In this document: positions 49,309 to 62,579 of the stretch, one piece after another
Layout: every line of letters begins with the position of its first letter
How positions within the stretch are numbered: the stretch's first letter is position 1
Assembly: GCA_011109175.1 (NCBI GenBank)
Contig: RDEW01000013.1
Coordinates: 1,034,181-1,098,180 of the forward strand
From: Dicyema japonicum
Taxonomy: Eukaryota; Animalia; Dicyemida
Length of the DNA: 64,000 bases
Direction of reading: 5' to 3'
Translations under genes and position numbers: made by a program
Notes under the pieces: generated by a model
What the model was told of the DNA's origin: nothing
Databases searched by the model: none
Seen by the model: only the letters and a program-made list of their open reading frames with translations

Positions 49309-49369
49309 GTCATAATTATTAAAGCAACATACATAAAACCATAATAGTATCACCCATGTGCCGCTAGAA

Positions 49370-49470
49370 ACTATCAAACTAACTAAGCGATTCCACCTTC
49401 CGTGGTTATGCGCAAGTTCTCTCGAGTAATCCAGATGTTCTCCGCAGTTCAATTTACTGTTGGGATACTT
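49370..49470 (-). mobile_element. RTE 3'-end relic related to the mini-LINE
   Basis: HLDYSRELAHNHGRWNRL vs MDYLRDLAHDRGKWRKL. Confidence 0.5.
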
Positions 49471-50429
49471 GAGATAAGTATCGAATATTTCAAGTAGTAT
49501 GATTCGTCAGAACTGATCAAGTTCTTCTGTATTCCTCATCCGAGACATTATTCTAATCTTTAATTTAATTTAATTAATCCCGGATACACCGAGAAAGAAG
49601 TTAAAGTAAACAACTAATTCAGTGTATCCAGTTTCCACTTCTACAGAAACAGAGTCCATCCGGAATCAACATAAAGGTAAAAGACGTCCATTACTTGTAG
49701 TTGTGGAAACCCTCCAGTGGAGTGGGGAAAAGCAAATGATCCTTTTTCGTGCCGGCCTGGCACTGGCGTCAACTTCACCAATTAACCACGCAACACCACA
49801 TGGCGCCACTCGGCTGATCATTAATTTTGGATATAATATTTTTTGGTTAAAAGAACATCGTGAAACTCATGAAATTAAAATAAAATTTTATAAAATTCAT
49901 TTTTTATTTAAAAAAATTCAATATGCAAAGTGATCCTAGTGCAAAAAGTAGACTTGTGAAAACTAATAGTAGAACACACCAATACAACCATTTCACATAT
50001 GCTGAATATTCCCAAGAACAACTTTTTTGGGAATTGTTTCAAAATTGTATTCACAACAACTTCTGTGGTGGTGACAGTAGGACGAAACAAACCGCGGAGC
50101 AGAAGCATATCAAATCTTGTAAAGAATTGACCGAAACAGCAAACTTACCTGTTTATATTTACTCCCTTACTCATCATTATTATCCAAAATGATTGTTCTG
50201 GGTTTTTCGGAAATATGCTTCGGTATTTACCAACTATTTTTTACTTTGTTGTTTGTCACATATTTTGTTTTTTACGCTTAAAAATTTAGTGACGCTATTT
50301 TATTTATTTGCAACAACCCAAGACCACGGTAAAACCAAACTAATTAGCACGTGATCCCGATGCGTTCTAACAGTGACCCCGGTATCTTACCTCGTTCCTG
50401 CGTATAATGTTACATGACGGCTGACTGAT

Positions 50430-51550
50430 TTACGGGGTCGAATTCTGAAATCTAGTCTCACAAGGACCTTTAAAGGCGTCGATCAGGTTCAGTGATCTCA
50501 TAAAAATCTTACGCTCCGTTACTCTGAAAGCCTTCTCTTGGATTACCTCGATCTTCTCATATTTGTCTATATATGCATGTGAGAAACATGACTCGATGTA
50601 CTGTCTGTACAAGTTCATCATGACCGGGTGAGTACTAATCTTTCATATTCTCGTTAAATTTTTTAATACATTCAGTTTTTTTCATGTTTCACAGAAATAT
50701 TTTCTACGTGTGGACAAGATGCTTATCAAATGTCACGATCCCTTGACTCGGTCAGAAAAAGGTTAAAAAAAGCAGGGAATAAAGTAACACTCTTGTGGGA
50801 CTACGCTGAGAAGGAGACGTACCTTGGTGATCCACAGCTTGAGCTTTCCTGGGATCCCCAATTGAAATTTTTTTCCCGATAGTATCTTCCTCGAGACTCC
50901 GTGAACGCTTGTGTTTTAAATGTCTCGGATTGTTTTCAAATCCGACTCGAATCAAGTCAACCACGGCAAACATCCTGAGAGTCATGTTTGACTAAAGACT
51001 TTCACTTAACATGTGGATAGAATGACGATCCTAAAGAACGTCTCAAAGGGTTTTGGAAGCAATGCTAGATCCCTCACCGCCAATATCGGCCTAAGCGAAT
51101 GCATAGAGGTAAGTGAACATCAATACAAAGTCTTGCCCTCTTAGGAACTCAAGCCAACCCCCTTTGACTCATATCCCTCATTTCATTCAAAATGAGATAA
51201 AAACACATTCACAATATCATACACATTATTAGGATGCGCCTAAGCCAGTGAGTACCATCAGTATAAGCAAACGTCCATTGGCTGAGCTAAATTCTCAGAT
51301 TCAACATTTTCGAGTATCATTTCCAATTTAGAATGGAACACGCGGAGAATCAACGGTTTACAACGGGAAGATGTGGGCATCCTCTTATCATTTTTTCGCC
51401 TTTCCCAGAGATTAGCATTATTCCAGGAAAGGCCATTAAAACTGTCTTGGCTAATATTACTTCAAATCTAGAAATGGAGGAGCCACTGGGATTCACAGAC
51501 ACTATGGCTTCTGAGGGTAAGCCCAGTCACTTGACTTCCTGTTAATATAC
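50430..51550 (-). mobile_element. Highly degenerate LINE RT relic
   Basis: PSWKNAN...K.DKR.P; LYRQYI...KIEVIQEKAFR. Confidence 0.4.
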
Positions 51551-52309
51551 CACACTCTCGACGATGTTTTTAGGAAAAAAGAAATCTATATACGTGGCGT
51601 CCTTGACCATCAAATTTACGTGTAGAGGTGACATAGAAGATGGAGTCGATTGTTTTGAGTTGTATCTTCGAGAAGCAAGGTGTCCCCCTAAATAGCGTAG
51701 TCCAAGTGTTCCATGAGAATCCAAATTAGGAGACCATATATGTGTTCACAATCAGACCGAGGCTGAAAGTTTCCATTTGTTTTGTGTGAATTTAAAGTCA
51801 ACTATTAAGGTCCCAAAAAAATGTGTGAATATTTTCTTTCACAGTAGATGTGAGTGATTTATTTTTTTCCTCTCCCATGGCTGTGAATGACATAGTATTC
51901 ATGGGCGAAGCAAAATAATCGGCCTGTCGTCTTAATACATAAAGACTTATGAGTCCTCGCATGGATGTTTGAAATCACATGATCATTTTCAAATTCCTAG
52001 TCATCTCATGTGGCTAGCCCACATTCGGAAGTAAATCAAGGTTAAATCAAAACACAGCAGAGTAAATAAATTGGTCCCCATTTTTTTCGCTCGATCGATA
52101 ATGTTGTGCAAGATATTTTTACTCCCATCGATTTATGGTATCTAGAGGACATGGCCCACTAACAGAAGACCTAGTCCGTCGGATCCGCTGAATAATCTAA
52201 GAGGTAACGAATAATAGATGGGAGACTATGTGGATTCCAGAGCTTCTCTCGATAATTATCGTCAGAGGAAAGAGCCTTGCTATTCCAGAGACATAAATTT
52301 TTTTTACTA

Positions 52310-52505
52310 AAAACAATTATTGAACAAAGAAACAAATGTTAGTTGAGGAAGCCGGCTGCGTGGATCGCGAACGAGTTTTCTCGGAGCATGGCCATTCCAA
52401 TCTTTTGTCCTTCTCGTTGATTCCTTTTCTTTCTGGCAAGCATTCCTCCGAGTTGGCGCAAGAACTTACCCGTCATTGGACCAACGACTCCCGATGACTC
52501 GCGAG
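52310..52505 (-). mobile_element. CRE-clade 3' end with poly(A)
   Basis: ESSGVVGPMTGKFLRQLGGMLARKKRNQRE...IHAAGFLN* followed by a short UTR and an A-run. Confidence 0.88.
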
Positions 52506-52774
52506 ACATAAATTAAATTATTTTTTTATTTCCATAAGTTTTTTTTTATATTAAATAAATAGATATTTAACGCAAAAACTAACAATTAACAACTATTGGC
52601 TGCTCTCATAATTGAGAACGCATTTCCCCTGACGATTTGCGTTCTCAATGACCTGGGTCCTTTCTCTCCTATCATTTTTCTTCTTCACGATGAGCGATCC
52701 GATTCTGTCTAACAAGACCTGATTCCTGACGTTTCCACAACGACTGGTTCAAGAATGAACTGTTCACCAAGACA

Positions 52775-53070
52775 TACGTATTTCTTCATCTTTAGGGTCT
52801 CAGCCTTTTCTGAAGTAAAGCCTGGGTTAGTGCTGTCACAACAAGGTTGGGAGAGAGGCTATCCACACAGGTGGCGTCCCAGGCAAGGTATCTACCCGTT
52901 TCCCATGCGAATATAGTAGTTCCCTCCGGTCTTTGGTTGGCCGGGGCGAGTCCGTGCGGTTCCAATTGGACAGGAAATCTGGCACGCTCAAGTCCCTATG
53001 CAATAACTCCGTTGATTGCGACGTGTCTTGGACTCCTTCAGCACTGCTTGGCAGGAAAGAGCGTTTCCTT
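52775..53070 (-). mobile_element. CRE-clade endonuclease relic
   Basis: RFPVQLEPHGL...RPEGTTIFAWETGRYLAWDATCVDSL. Confidence 0.8.
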
Positions 53071-53130
53071 AATTATATCTTTAATAATTAAAAAATAAAA
53101 AATAGATTAATTTATTTAAAATTTAAACCA

Positions 53131-56100
53131 ATGCAATTAAGTGATTACATTCAGCACATACACAGACCAATAATCGGTATTAAATGTTCAGAAGAAATCT
53201 ACACATTATTTCCAGATTATCCTAGTATCTCCCAACTATTCGACCTTTATATAAATAAAAATCTAACACGTACTCCATATTTACCATTTAGTCCAATTTC
53301 AAGATCACAACGGACACCTAGTTAAAATTCCAGAATTTAACTTTCAATTTAAAGACATTAACTCTCTTCCTACTATCCCTGTTCAATTCATGGATTTCCT
53401 CCCTTCTACCGACCTATCCGAAGACTCAGTGACTAATGACTTGCATAATCTTTCAATTAGAGACCAACTGCTTACCAAATGCGGTCTTAACTACATCACT
53501 ACTTTCGAGAAATTAGAATACGAGTTTTATGACAAATATATTGGGGGTGAGAGTTATATCTAATATAGTTATTTTTATTATTTCCTCCCAAGATACTAAT
53601 GCCGATACTGTCAAAAAACTCAAATCAATGACCAGTCAAGTTTTTGGCGCCAATAAAGATTCATATTTATTAGTCATGATATCCCAACTGCAATTCTTAT
53701 TATGAATACGGAATCTCCCACAGACACAAAATGATTGAATCTGTATCGTATGCATTTGGGCGGGCATTTACGGCTGTTTTAGACATTGATAAGGTTGATT
53801 TATATATTTAAATAGTTGGGGGACTTTTTCTCTAATTATTTTCGTTCTTGTGTTGCCCCGTGGATAGAAAAACAGTTGAATGGTCTCCATAACATTCTCT
53901 CAAACCGACGGGGACTACAAAAGTCATTTCTATTTGCGGCAAAGCGGATATTTTCAACCTCCAAGTCGAATTATACTACAGTAACGACTCAGTCTGGTGT
54001 AGCAAGATCAATGTAGCGTATAATTTAAATGCAAAGTTATTCTACAGACTCTGAAGAAATGCAACTCAAGAAATGGGCGGATTTTGCTTTCATGTTTCGG
54101 TTTTACTCGCTCTCTGCCGAAGCCTACACATTTCTGAGAAAAGATTTCAAGGACCATCGCTGCTTGTTCCAATATGCCAATGCTCAAGAGATGTTGGCCA
54201 TATCTACTCTCCTTGCCCCTGAACTGAACTACAACAGTGAAGCCGCGTCCCTCGCTTTTTCGTGCTATGTGAACTCATGCAAGTAAGTCTAACTCAAACC
54301 AATAGGTTCTTTCCTGCCGGCTTTCGCGCTTTTATATATAGGTTGTTACCATGGCAACCAAATCTGGGTGATTTTCTGAGTTTTACTAAAGAAATGCAAT
54401 CACTGATGGAAATTGTATATGCATTTATTATGATAGAGTGACAATTTCTTTATAACTGCTCTGATTTCGAGGGAGATTGCCCTCATGTGGAAGTATCTGT
54501 TTCCTAATAGGAATGCAAAATATGTCTTCTTTATGATGAAGGCTGCCTTAGGTTTCAATCAGATTAAATTTTCTGTTTTTTCTCTATTTATTTTTAGAAG
54601 AAATTGGCTGAACAAATTTTGTCACGTGTAAATGAACTTTGTCCTTCAAATTGGAATTTGATTAATGTTTTGGAATTTATAACTGTGTAGTCCTCAGTGA
54701 CGATGAATTATGTGAGAATACTACCACCAACAGGCAACGTTGACACACTAGTTCAGTTATACTCTAATTTGGTACATTACTGCAAGGATGATGGGGACAG
54801 ACAGTTTGAATGTTTTAGAATGTTGATTAAGACAATGGTTTTTATATTTTTAAACCCAGAATCTAAAATCCGATGAGTTTGCCGACCCTTCTTACCTCTC
54901 GCTAGAATGTGAGACACGTGCGTATCTGAATTCATACGACAGTTTTATTTTCAATTAACTAGGCACTAAATCATCCTATGTGAGTGGGACCTCTTTTATG
55001 TTAGAGTCAATTGAAGAGTCTGCCTTCCTTTACTATTCGGCTATTCGTGGTAGTACGTTGTGCCGTTCAGGAGTGGGGTTAGAATGCACTCAGGATGAGA
55101 GCATTGGAATTGGGGGTATTTACTGTCGATTTATTTAGAAAATATACGAATATTTGCTAAATTGTCAAATTATTTGGATATTTCATATGATTATTGTAAT
55201 ATTTTCATGAATTGGTCATACATTGGGGAGACCACCTGTGATTTTGTCTTGGAGGAGCAGAATACTTGTGAATTTATGGAATTATCTGATCCTATCAAAC
55301 TTAGAAATATCACTAACAGTTCTGTAGAACTGAAAATGAGTGTTTGTCCCCTCAAAGAAGGTCGATTTACCCTCAAATCAATCTGTTTTAATGTCAGGGG
55401 GACTACTTTCGACGGTCAAACAACCGATTGGTTACCCCTAAGACTCCCTCTGAATTCAATAAATTTGAGTGTGGTGGAGTCTATGCCCTTATTAAAGGTA
55501 TCGACAATACAAATTTAGATTGTACCAGCCTCAACCCGTCTATTGATCCGCAACGGAGAAATTGGACGATTAAGCTGTAATATTGAAAATATTGGATTAG
55601 TCAGCCTGACTAGTCCCCTTAGGATATTCACCCTACACTCCAATATTACACAAAACTCCATTCCATCCAACAACCTAGAACTGCAAAATATTCCAATTCT
55701 TGGGTTCAAGGAGAGTTGTAATGTGGAGTTGTTTGTCAGCAATGTCCACAATGACAAATTTTGTATGCTTTTTGCTCACTGTGCCGGTTCCAAACTGTAT
55801 TCTTTATTTACAGCTTAGAATTCGTATTTCACACGTAATCATTGATGTTGTCTGTAAATCGAGTGTTCGCTGTCATCTGAATACAATTCCCCCACAACTT
55901 GGAGAATTCTATTATCACCGTAAAGCATTTACACTGTCCACTAATTTCTCATCACTTTCCGTGGTAAACAGGGAAGTTTATCGTCCTATTTCAATCACGT
56001 GTTATTCAAACCAAGCTCTTATCATAAAGTTGAATGTGCAGACATACACGTGTCAAATGGAAAGTCACTGACCTTTGTGGCGTATTTCAAAATGGAATAT

Positions 56101-56810
56101 GAGTCACGTGCTGTAATAAGACAGTCGAAACTCATTTTGGACGCCTCTAGTTCACTCTCTTCGGACCTGCTTGAGCAGTACTCGAGGAAGGAGCTGGAAC
56201 GATTCTATGTAAAGCACCGAGAGTCTGAGAACAAATCGATGAGCACGTGGTTTGAGGAGAATAAACAAGGCCTAGTATCTGTTCAGTGGATTGTAATTTT
56301 GTGAGTAATGTTAGATGGAAGGAGAAAATGAGCACGTGGTAGGGCAGACCCACTCATTTGTCTCATTCGGTCAAAGTAATCTTGCCATTTGTGACTCTGT
56401 TGATCAGAGTATTTCTCCAATTAGCATGGAATTGAGATTTCCGTCTGTTGTCGTGCATAATTTTTCCAAGTTTGTATTATTGGTGAGGTAGACCTTGTTT
56501 TGTGGAGGTTGAATGTATGTTGACCAACAATATGGAGAAGAATGTAACTGTGAGGCTATTCATTGATGTGGATTATATGAGGTTTGAGGGATCACAAAGT
56601 CTTAGATTGAAAGGATTTTTTTCTGTCGGAAATAACCGTAAGAGAGTAGAGATTGGGGCATTTTGTGTTAAAAGGAGTGTATTTAGGATAGTGTTTTTTA
56701 TGTCAGGGTCATTCACATTGGATTGTTTCCGTGTTTGTACTGAGGATGGTAATTGGGATCTGCCCTTATCCCTTCATAGTAATCATATTTCCATAATTTC
56801 GTCTAATTGA
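53131..56810 (+). CDS. TRAPPC8: Trafficking protein particle complex III subunit 8 (Trs85), multi-exon with 22-24 nt introns
   Basis: Introns include 53270-53291, 53547-53568, 53794-53815 (22 nt), 54013-54036 (24 nt) and 54283-54305 (23 nt). Spliced motifs QFQDHNGHLVKI, LEYEFYDKYIGVIFIISS and YSTDSEEMQLKKWADFAFMFRFYSLSAEAYTFLRKDF match TRAPPC8. The frame near 53640-53730 needs an indel, and not all internal exons were traced. Confidence 0.88.
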
Positions 56811-56850
56811 TTTATTTCAATAAATTTATTTATAATTAATTTTTATTTAT

Positions 56851-58948
56851 AAGGACCTTACGTCCACTTACACCTCGGAAGCTGGACGGTGTCTTGTCAA
56901 ATCAATTACGGACCTAATCAGAAAAATGGTTAACGGCGACATCCCAAAATATGCCAGAGAATTGCTCTTCTCTGCAAGGCTACTTGCTTTCAATAAACCC
57001 AACGGAGGAATCGCCCCATTGCGGTCGGGAACTATTTTAGAAGACTTGCAGCAAAAGTAGCATCGACCATGGTGAGCAGACAACTCGGAGAGGAGTTCTT
57101 TCCTAAACAAATGGGTGTTAGTATCCAGAACGGATGTGAGGTTGCGGTTCATGCAGCAAGGCGTTTCTTCACACAGAAAAATATTTCAAATGAATGCATT
57201 GGAATCAAGTTGGACATAACGAATGCCTTTAATTCTCTCAGAAGAGACGAAATTATGAAAACGTGTTGGAAGAGGGCTCCAAAGCTTTTCCCTCTTGTCA
57301 ATCTATCCTATGGGGAAGATACGTCTTTGGTTTTTGAAAATGAAATTATTAAATCAAAAACGGGTGTACAACAAGGAGATCCGCTCGGACCTCTATTATT
57401 TGCCTTGACCATTGATGAGGTTGTGAGTCAATTGATGCTCAGCTAAATCTCTGGTACCTCGATGATGCCACAATTGGAGGATCGTTCAAAGAAACATACA
57501 ATTCATTACGTAAAGCGTTACCCGCTTTAAAACATTTGGGCTTGGACATCAATGTTAACAAATCAGAGCTAATAAATGTCTCATATCCATACACCGACTT
57601 CCTCTCTATCAAGGAGTCTTTTGAAGAACTGCTTCCTGGGATCCCGACTGTGCCAGTTGATAAATTATATTTCCTCGGATGCCCACTCAGCGAAGAAGAA
57701 CTCAAGAACCATCTACTTTCCAAAAATGAAGAATTAACACGCCTTGCGAAAAGATTGTCATGTCTCGACTCTCACACATCTTTCTTCTAATGAGAAACAA
57801 CATCGGACTACCCAAGCTTTTATATCTACTCCGATGTTCACCCTGCTACGAACAATATGACATTCTACTTTCAATGGACAAGTCTCTCAAGCAAACAGTC
57901 GAGTCAATAATTAACGTCCGCTTCGACGAACTTGGTTGGAAACAATGCAAGCTTCCCTCTGGATTTGGGGGTGTCGGAATGAGATCGGCGCTGGAGGTTG
58001 CGTACCCGGCATACCTATCATCTCTCTCAAGCTGCAGTCATTTGACACGGCAAGTCCTTCATAACACAATTGGACTTTGCTGGAATGAGTCATTTGACGA
58101 AGCTTGTCGGAAATGGAACGGGTCCGGACTCAAAATCCCAGAAGACACAACGAAGCAAAGAAATTGGGATGACATTGTCTGCTCCAAAATTTTGAAGACC
58201 TTAAGAAAGAAGCAAATCAACATCGTCTGGCTTGTTTGGTGTCAGCTTCAAGTCGAGGGAGTGGAGCATGGCTTGGTGCAATACCTTGCCCAAACCTCGG
58301 GACCTTTTTGGACGACGATTCTTTGAGGATTGGAATCGGACAAAGGCTGGGACTAGACGTTTGCCAGGAGCACCGATGCCGATGCGGGAAAACAGTCGAT
58401 GCGAAAGGATTGCACCGCTGTCCTGCAGAAGAAGCGCCGGAAGGGGACCACGTCATGCTGCTCTGAATGATGTGATCGTCAGAGCTCTGAAGGCTTCAGG
58501 CTTCCCAGCACAGCTTGAACCAGTGGGTCTTGATCGAGGAGATGGGAAGAGACCTGACGGGATGACCCTTTTCCCCTTCACGTCTGGAAGATCTTTGGTC
58601 TGGGACGCAACTTGCATAGACACGTTCTCAAGCACGAACATTTTTAAATCTGTTCAGACACCTGGAGCAGCTGCTTCGACCGCGGAAAACCTAAAAATCA
58701 AGAAATATTCTTGCCTCGGGGATCGCTACCGATTTACTCCTGTTGCGACCGAATCATCGGGAGCCGTTGGTCCAATGACGGCTGAATTCTTGCAAGAACT
58801 CGGAGGATTGCTTGCCAGAAAGAAAAGGGATCAACGAGAAGGGCTATGGCTAAGACAAAAGATTGGAATAGCCATACTCGAGGGAACTCGTTCGAATCCA
58901 CGCAGCAGGCTTCCTTAACTGATATTTGTTTAATTGTTAAAAAAAAAT
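56851..58948 (+). mobile_element. 5'-truncated CRE-clade non-LTR retrotransposon (RT + zinc knuckle + RLE), seven single-base deletions as assembled
   Basis: RPIAVG, QMGV, LDITNAFNS, GVQQGDPLGPLLF, WYLDD, GGVGMRSA, CRCG...H...C, RH..LND, RPDG, WDATC, KY; poly(A) at about 58940-58948. Confidence 0.93.
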
Positions 58949-59454
58949 TTTAATTTAAAAAATCGCTGTTATTCGCGGAAACGCTTACTCCGTGATGTCA
59001 GCAGCCGCTCTCCCCATAGTTAATAAATAATATTTTATTGTTAATAAATTTTTGTTTTAAAAAAAATTTAAAAAAAAAAAATTAAACTAAATTAATTTTA
59101 CTTTGAGGAATTTGAGTAGTTTCCTCTGACGCTCTCGATGCCATCCAGTCTTATGCGGATCTTTGGTGACCTTTGGATCATTGAGTCGATCTGACGGACC
59201 AGGTCGTCCGCCTGTGGGTCAAGGATTCCTGACTTCTCAACAGAAAAGGGACAAACAAATGATCTCTGAAATGTTTATGTACTTCCTTTTATTCTGATCC
59301 CAACTTGCGTAGTTTTAGTCCGAGCTGTTGTAGCCAAATTTTTCGGAGTGTACGTGTGAGCATACGTAGCAACCCAAACCAGGTTTCGACTATTAGCGAA
59401 TAGGAAAGTCATCATCTAGTTGGTGCATTTGGCATCCTTCTGGGAGAGACAAGT

Positions 59455-59560
59455 GTGAAACTAAATATCAACAGAATCTACCGTAAACGAGACAAGCTGA
59501 CGGGTTTTTTTCCTTTAAAATTTGGACATTGCTCTAATACAGGAAACACAAGTGTACACT
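59455..59560 (+). mobile_element. APE N-terminal relic
   Basis: KLNINRI...LDIALIQET. Confidence 0.5.
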
Positions 59561-59917
59561 TAACACCATACTAGTCGGTTCAAAAGATTCTCATTTATTC
59601 CCATGAATGGCATTATTCGAACAAACAGAGAATTCTCGATCGACACTGCTACCCAGGGAAGCTGGGACCCAATTGCGAGTAAAAAACGCTGGAAAGTGCG
59701 AAGACAGGAGATAACCAACACAGGCTTGCATGCATCATGTGGCCTGGCTTGAATGCCCATCATGTTCGTCTCTCGGAACACTCTCTGACGAAAAATTGCC
59801 CGAGGATCGGAGTGGCACTACAACTCGGATTGGATGCATGCCTGCGACAGATTCCGTTCTGGAGAGAACGTTAACAAAGAATGTCTACATACTCTTTCTT
59901 GCCGACGGAGCGCGGGA

Positions 59918-62310
59918 CCGAAATCCGAAACCAATTTATTCAACAGTAAGTAAGGAGTTAGTTTAAGTGGTATTTAAACGTGTCCGCCTATGCGGCCTGG
60001 ACACTTCCAATGCACCACGTCTCCATTTAGTCTCCTTCTATCGTCGGATCCCATCGATCCTTTTCTCTACAATATTTTTGACCAATGTTAGAATCTTGTC
60101 TTCTTCAGTACTGAGAACATCAGAAAGCCTTTTCCCCAAAGCCAACTTTATTGCTGACCTTCTGGTTTTTTCCATAAGTAACAATTCTTTCTTTTGGCAA
60201 AAGAAAAACCATGCTTCGCATCCATGTAGCAGCTCCGGAAGAATGACTCTCATGAAGATGAACAAGAAGGTCTCCAAGCTTACAAACAACTTTTTCGTAC
60301 ATAAAAGTGCTTGAAGCGCCTTCTTCCTTCTTCGTCTGATGTCCTCCGTGAAGGAACCTCTCCCGTCGATTACTACCCCTAGGTAGCGCAGTGAATTTAC
60401 TTTAGGAATCTCTAGTGAGTAAGGCTGGGTCTGATGCCTCCTTAGGCGACTGACTCTTAAATGGCTGGACTTCTCAGTGGACAGTCGCATCCCTCTCTTG
60501 GTGCACATCCGGTGGAGTTGGAAAGTCTGACAAGAATATGTTGAACAGAAGTGGGGTCAAGACAGAACCTTGTGGAACTCCCCTCTTCAGTATGATGTCT
60601 TTTGACATATTTGCTCCAACACGTACTTGGGAAGTCCGTCTGTTAGGAAGTCCTTTATCCACATGAAAAGTTTCTTTTGAATATCAGCTGCTGCTAGCCT
60701 TGATAGGAGGGCTTCGTGCCACACGCTATCAAAAGCCTTGGACAGATCTAAACATACCAGACTGATTCCTGACCTCTCAATACCATTGAATCTAACTGGT
60801 AGATGCAGTCCGTGCATGATTTTCCAGGTCTGAAGCCACGGAAACCACTTTCTTCTAAGTGGTCGTTAAGCCTTCTAAAGATAATTCAATCGATAATCTT
60901 GGAGATCGAACAGATGAGGCTATAGCTGAGTGGGTCCCTCCTCGATTTTCCCGGTTTCATTATCATTCTGACTATAGAAGATTTCCAGCGTTTTGGGACA
61001 TGGCCATGATGAATGCTTGCATTGAATATATTCTTCAGAATGGGAAATAGAGCCTCTAGGGCATTCGCGAACAATCTCATGCTTAGATGGTCAAGTCCTG
61101 GAGCGTTAGCCTTGCTTGTCATGATTGAAGTCATGACTTCTTCCGTAGTTATTTTCATTTCAGTATCTTTGAGATCGTCCAAACAGTAGGTTAAAATTTC
61201 ACGTGAAGAATCTAACATCTCCCTCGGAATAAGCTCCATCGGGTTGACCCCTGAATGCGGTCCAGTTGCTTCTTAAAGATATCTGGGGATTCTTCCATAG
61301 AACATAGTCTACCTTCTGGCTTGGTCAAGGATATTTTTGTGTCATTCCTTTTCTGGCCAATTATTATTTTATAGAACTTCCAGAACGAGGGGTCTTTGGT
61401 GTTTAGTTTACTTTCCTCTACCCTCAAACATTGTTCTTGAGATAGTCTTGTTCCTTCTTCAATGGCTTTCTTGATTATCTTCAATTGTCCGGTCAATGCA
61501 ATCCGGTCTATCCAGTCCACACATCTTCTGAGTTTGGTCCTCAGGCGATTCCTTTGATCGATCAAGGATTGAGAGCGAAAGACTGATGCTCTTTCCATGA
61601 TTGGTACTTGAGGATCTCCTCCTTGCGTAAAGCATTAAGTATGTCTCCATCATGATGGAGAGTTCATTGTCTATGATGTCGATTTCACTTCGGGAATAAT
61701 CTTTATCCTTCCAGTCTTTGAGGTTTCTTGATAAGTACCTTCTGTAGTGTTCTCAGTTTACTCTTGTTAGGTCGTAAACACAGAGTCCATGGGGTCTGGA
61801 GCTAGGTTCAATAACATCTCTTGGGGTATATGGTCACTCCCGATGTCCCACATGATCATCGGCTTCTCTAAATTAGTGTAGAGCACTGGTGACACCAGGA
61901 ACACCCCAAGCATGTCTCCCCCGTAGTGCGAGTAATGATTCGGTTTTTCCGATGTCAAAATCTCAAAGCCAGTCTGATTCCATCATCGTTAGTTCCGAGG
62001 CACCCATATTTAATGTTCTTGGCATTTAGATCACCCACTAGGATAGACATATCGTTTCTTGTGAAGAATTCTTCAATTTCTGTGGAGCCCTTTCTGAGGT
62101 CTTTTGAATACATTCTACCGGCGTGTATCCAACAGCCACAGCATATCACCTCGACGGAAACAAATTCACAGTGTGTATTCGCGGTATGGGGGAAGCAAGC
62201 TTCGCAACACACACCAAGATACAAAAATAAGCATTATATCTTGCCCCTTGTAAGGGCGTCCCAGATATAAAGCTGGAAAGAACTGTTGAATAAATTGGTT
62301 TCGGTTTCGG
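59918..62310. mobile_element. Insertion bounded by 30/29-bp terminal inverted repeats and a 9-bp TSD (MITE-like ends enclosing a LINE)
   Basis: TIRs 59918-59947 (CCGAAATCCGAAACCAATTTATTCAACAGT) and 62282-62310 (inverse). AGCGCGGGA 59909-59917 / AGCACGGGA 62311-62319. Confidence 0.85.
59956..62249 (-). mobile_element. 5'-truncated degenerate APE+RT LINE lacking the YADD segment
   Basis: APE (VGDLNAKN, IGSDH), RT (APGLD, DLSKAFDSV, GVPQGSVLTPLLFNIF, YLGV). PPDV is joined directly to CTKRGMRLS. 3' hairpin at 59980-60004. Confidence 0.88.
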
Positions 62311-62579
62311 AGCACGGGACGTTCCCCGAGCCATGACGTTTTCTACGGGCCTTCAGAGCCGGAGGGTTTTTTGTTCAACTGAAACCCTTCAGCTTGGACA
62401 GAGGCGATGGGAAGAAGCAAGATTAGTGTCATAATTCCAGCCTTCGCAATCCTGACTTCTTAACTAAAAAGTTTTACTAGTTTTCATTAAAAAAATTATA
62501 GCGAAAAAATTAAATATTAGAATTTTAACTAGCAAAGTTAAATTAAAAAAATTAAAACATGAAGATGTTTTCCCCAACT

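Larger units (their letters stand above)
59740..62410 (+). mobile_element. Old CRE-clade relic split by the TIR element (arms 59740-59917 and 62311-62410)
   Basis: Joining the arms gives ENVNKECLHTLSCRRSAG-RSPSH...AFRAGGFFVQLKPFSLDRGDGKK, colinear with SCRRSAGRGPRH...LEPVGLDRGDGKRPD. Confidence 0.85.

Noticed and set aside
53131-56810. Alternative (ciliate-type) genetic code explaining broken ORFs
   Set aside because: Spliced exons contain no in-frame TAA/TAG, genes end at TAA/TAG/TGA, and the breaks are explained by tiny introns or indels.
59918-62310. Penelope-like element with inverted pseudo-LTRs
   Set aside because: The endonuclease is APE-type and the RT is LINE-type; no GIY-YIG domain or hammerhead motif was seen.
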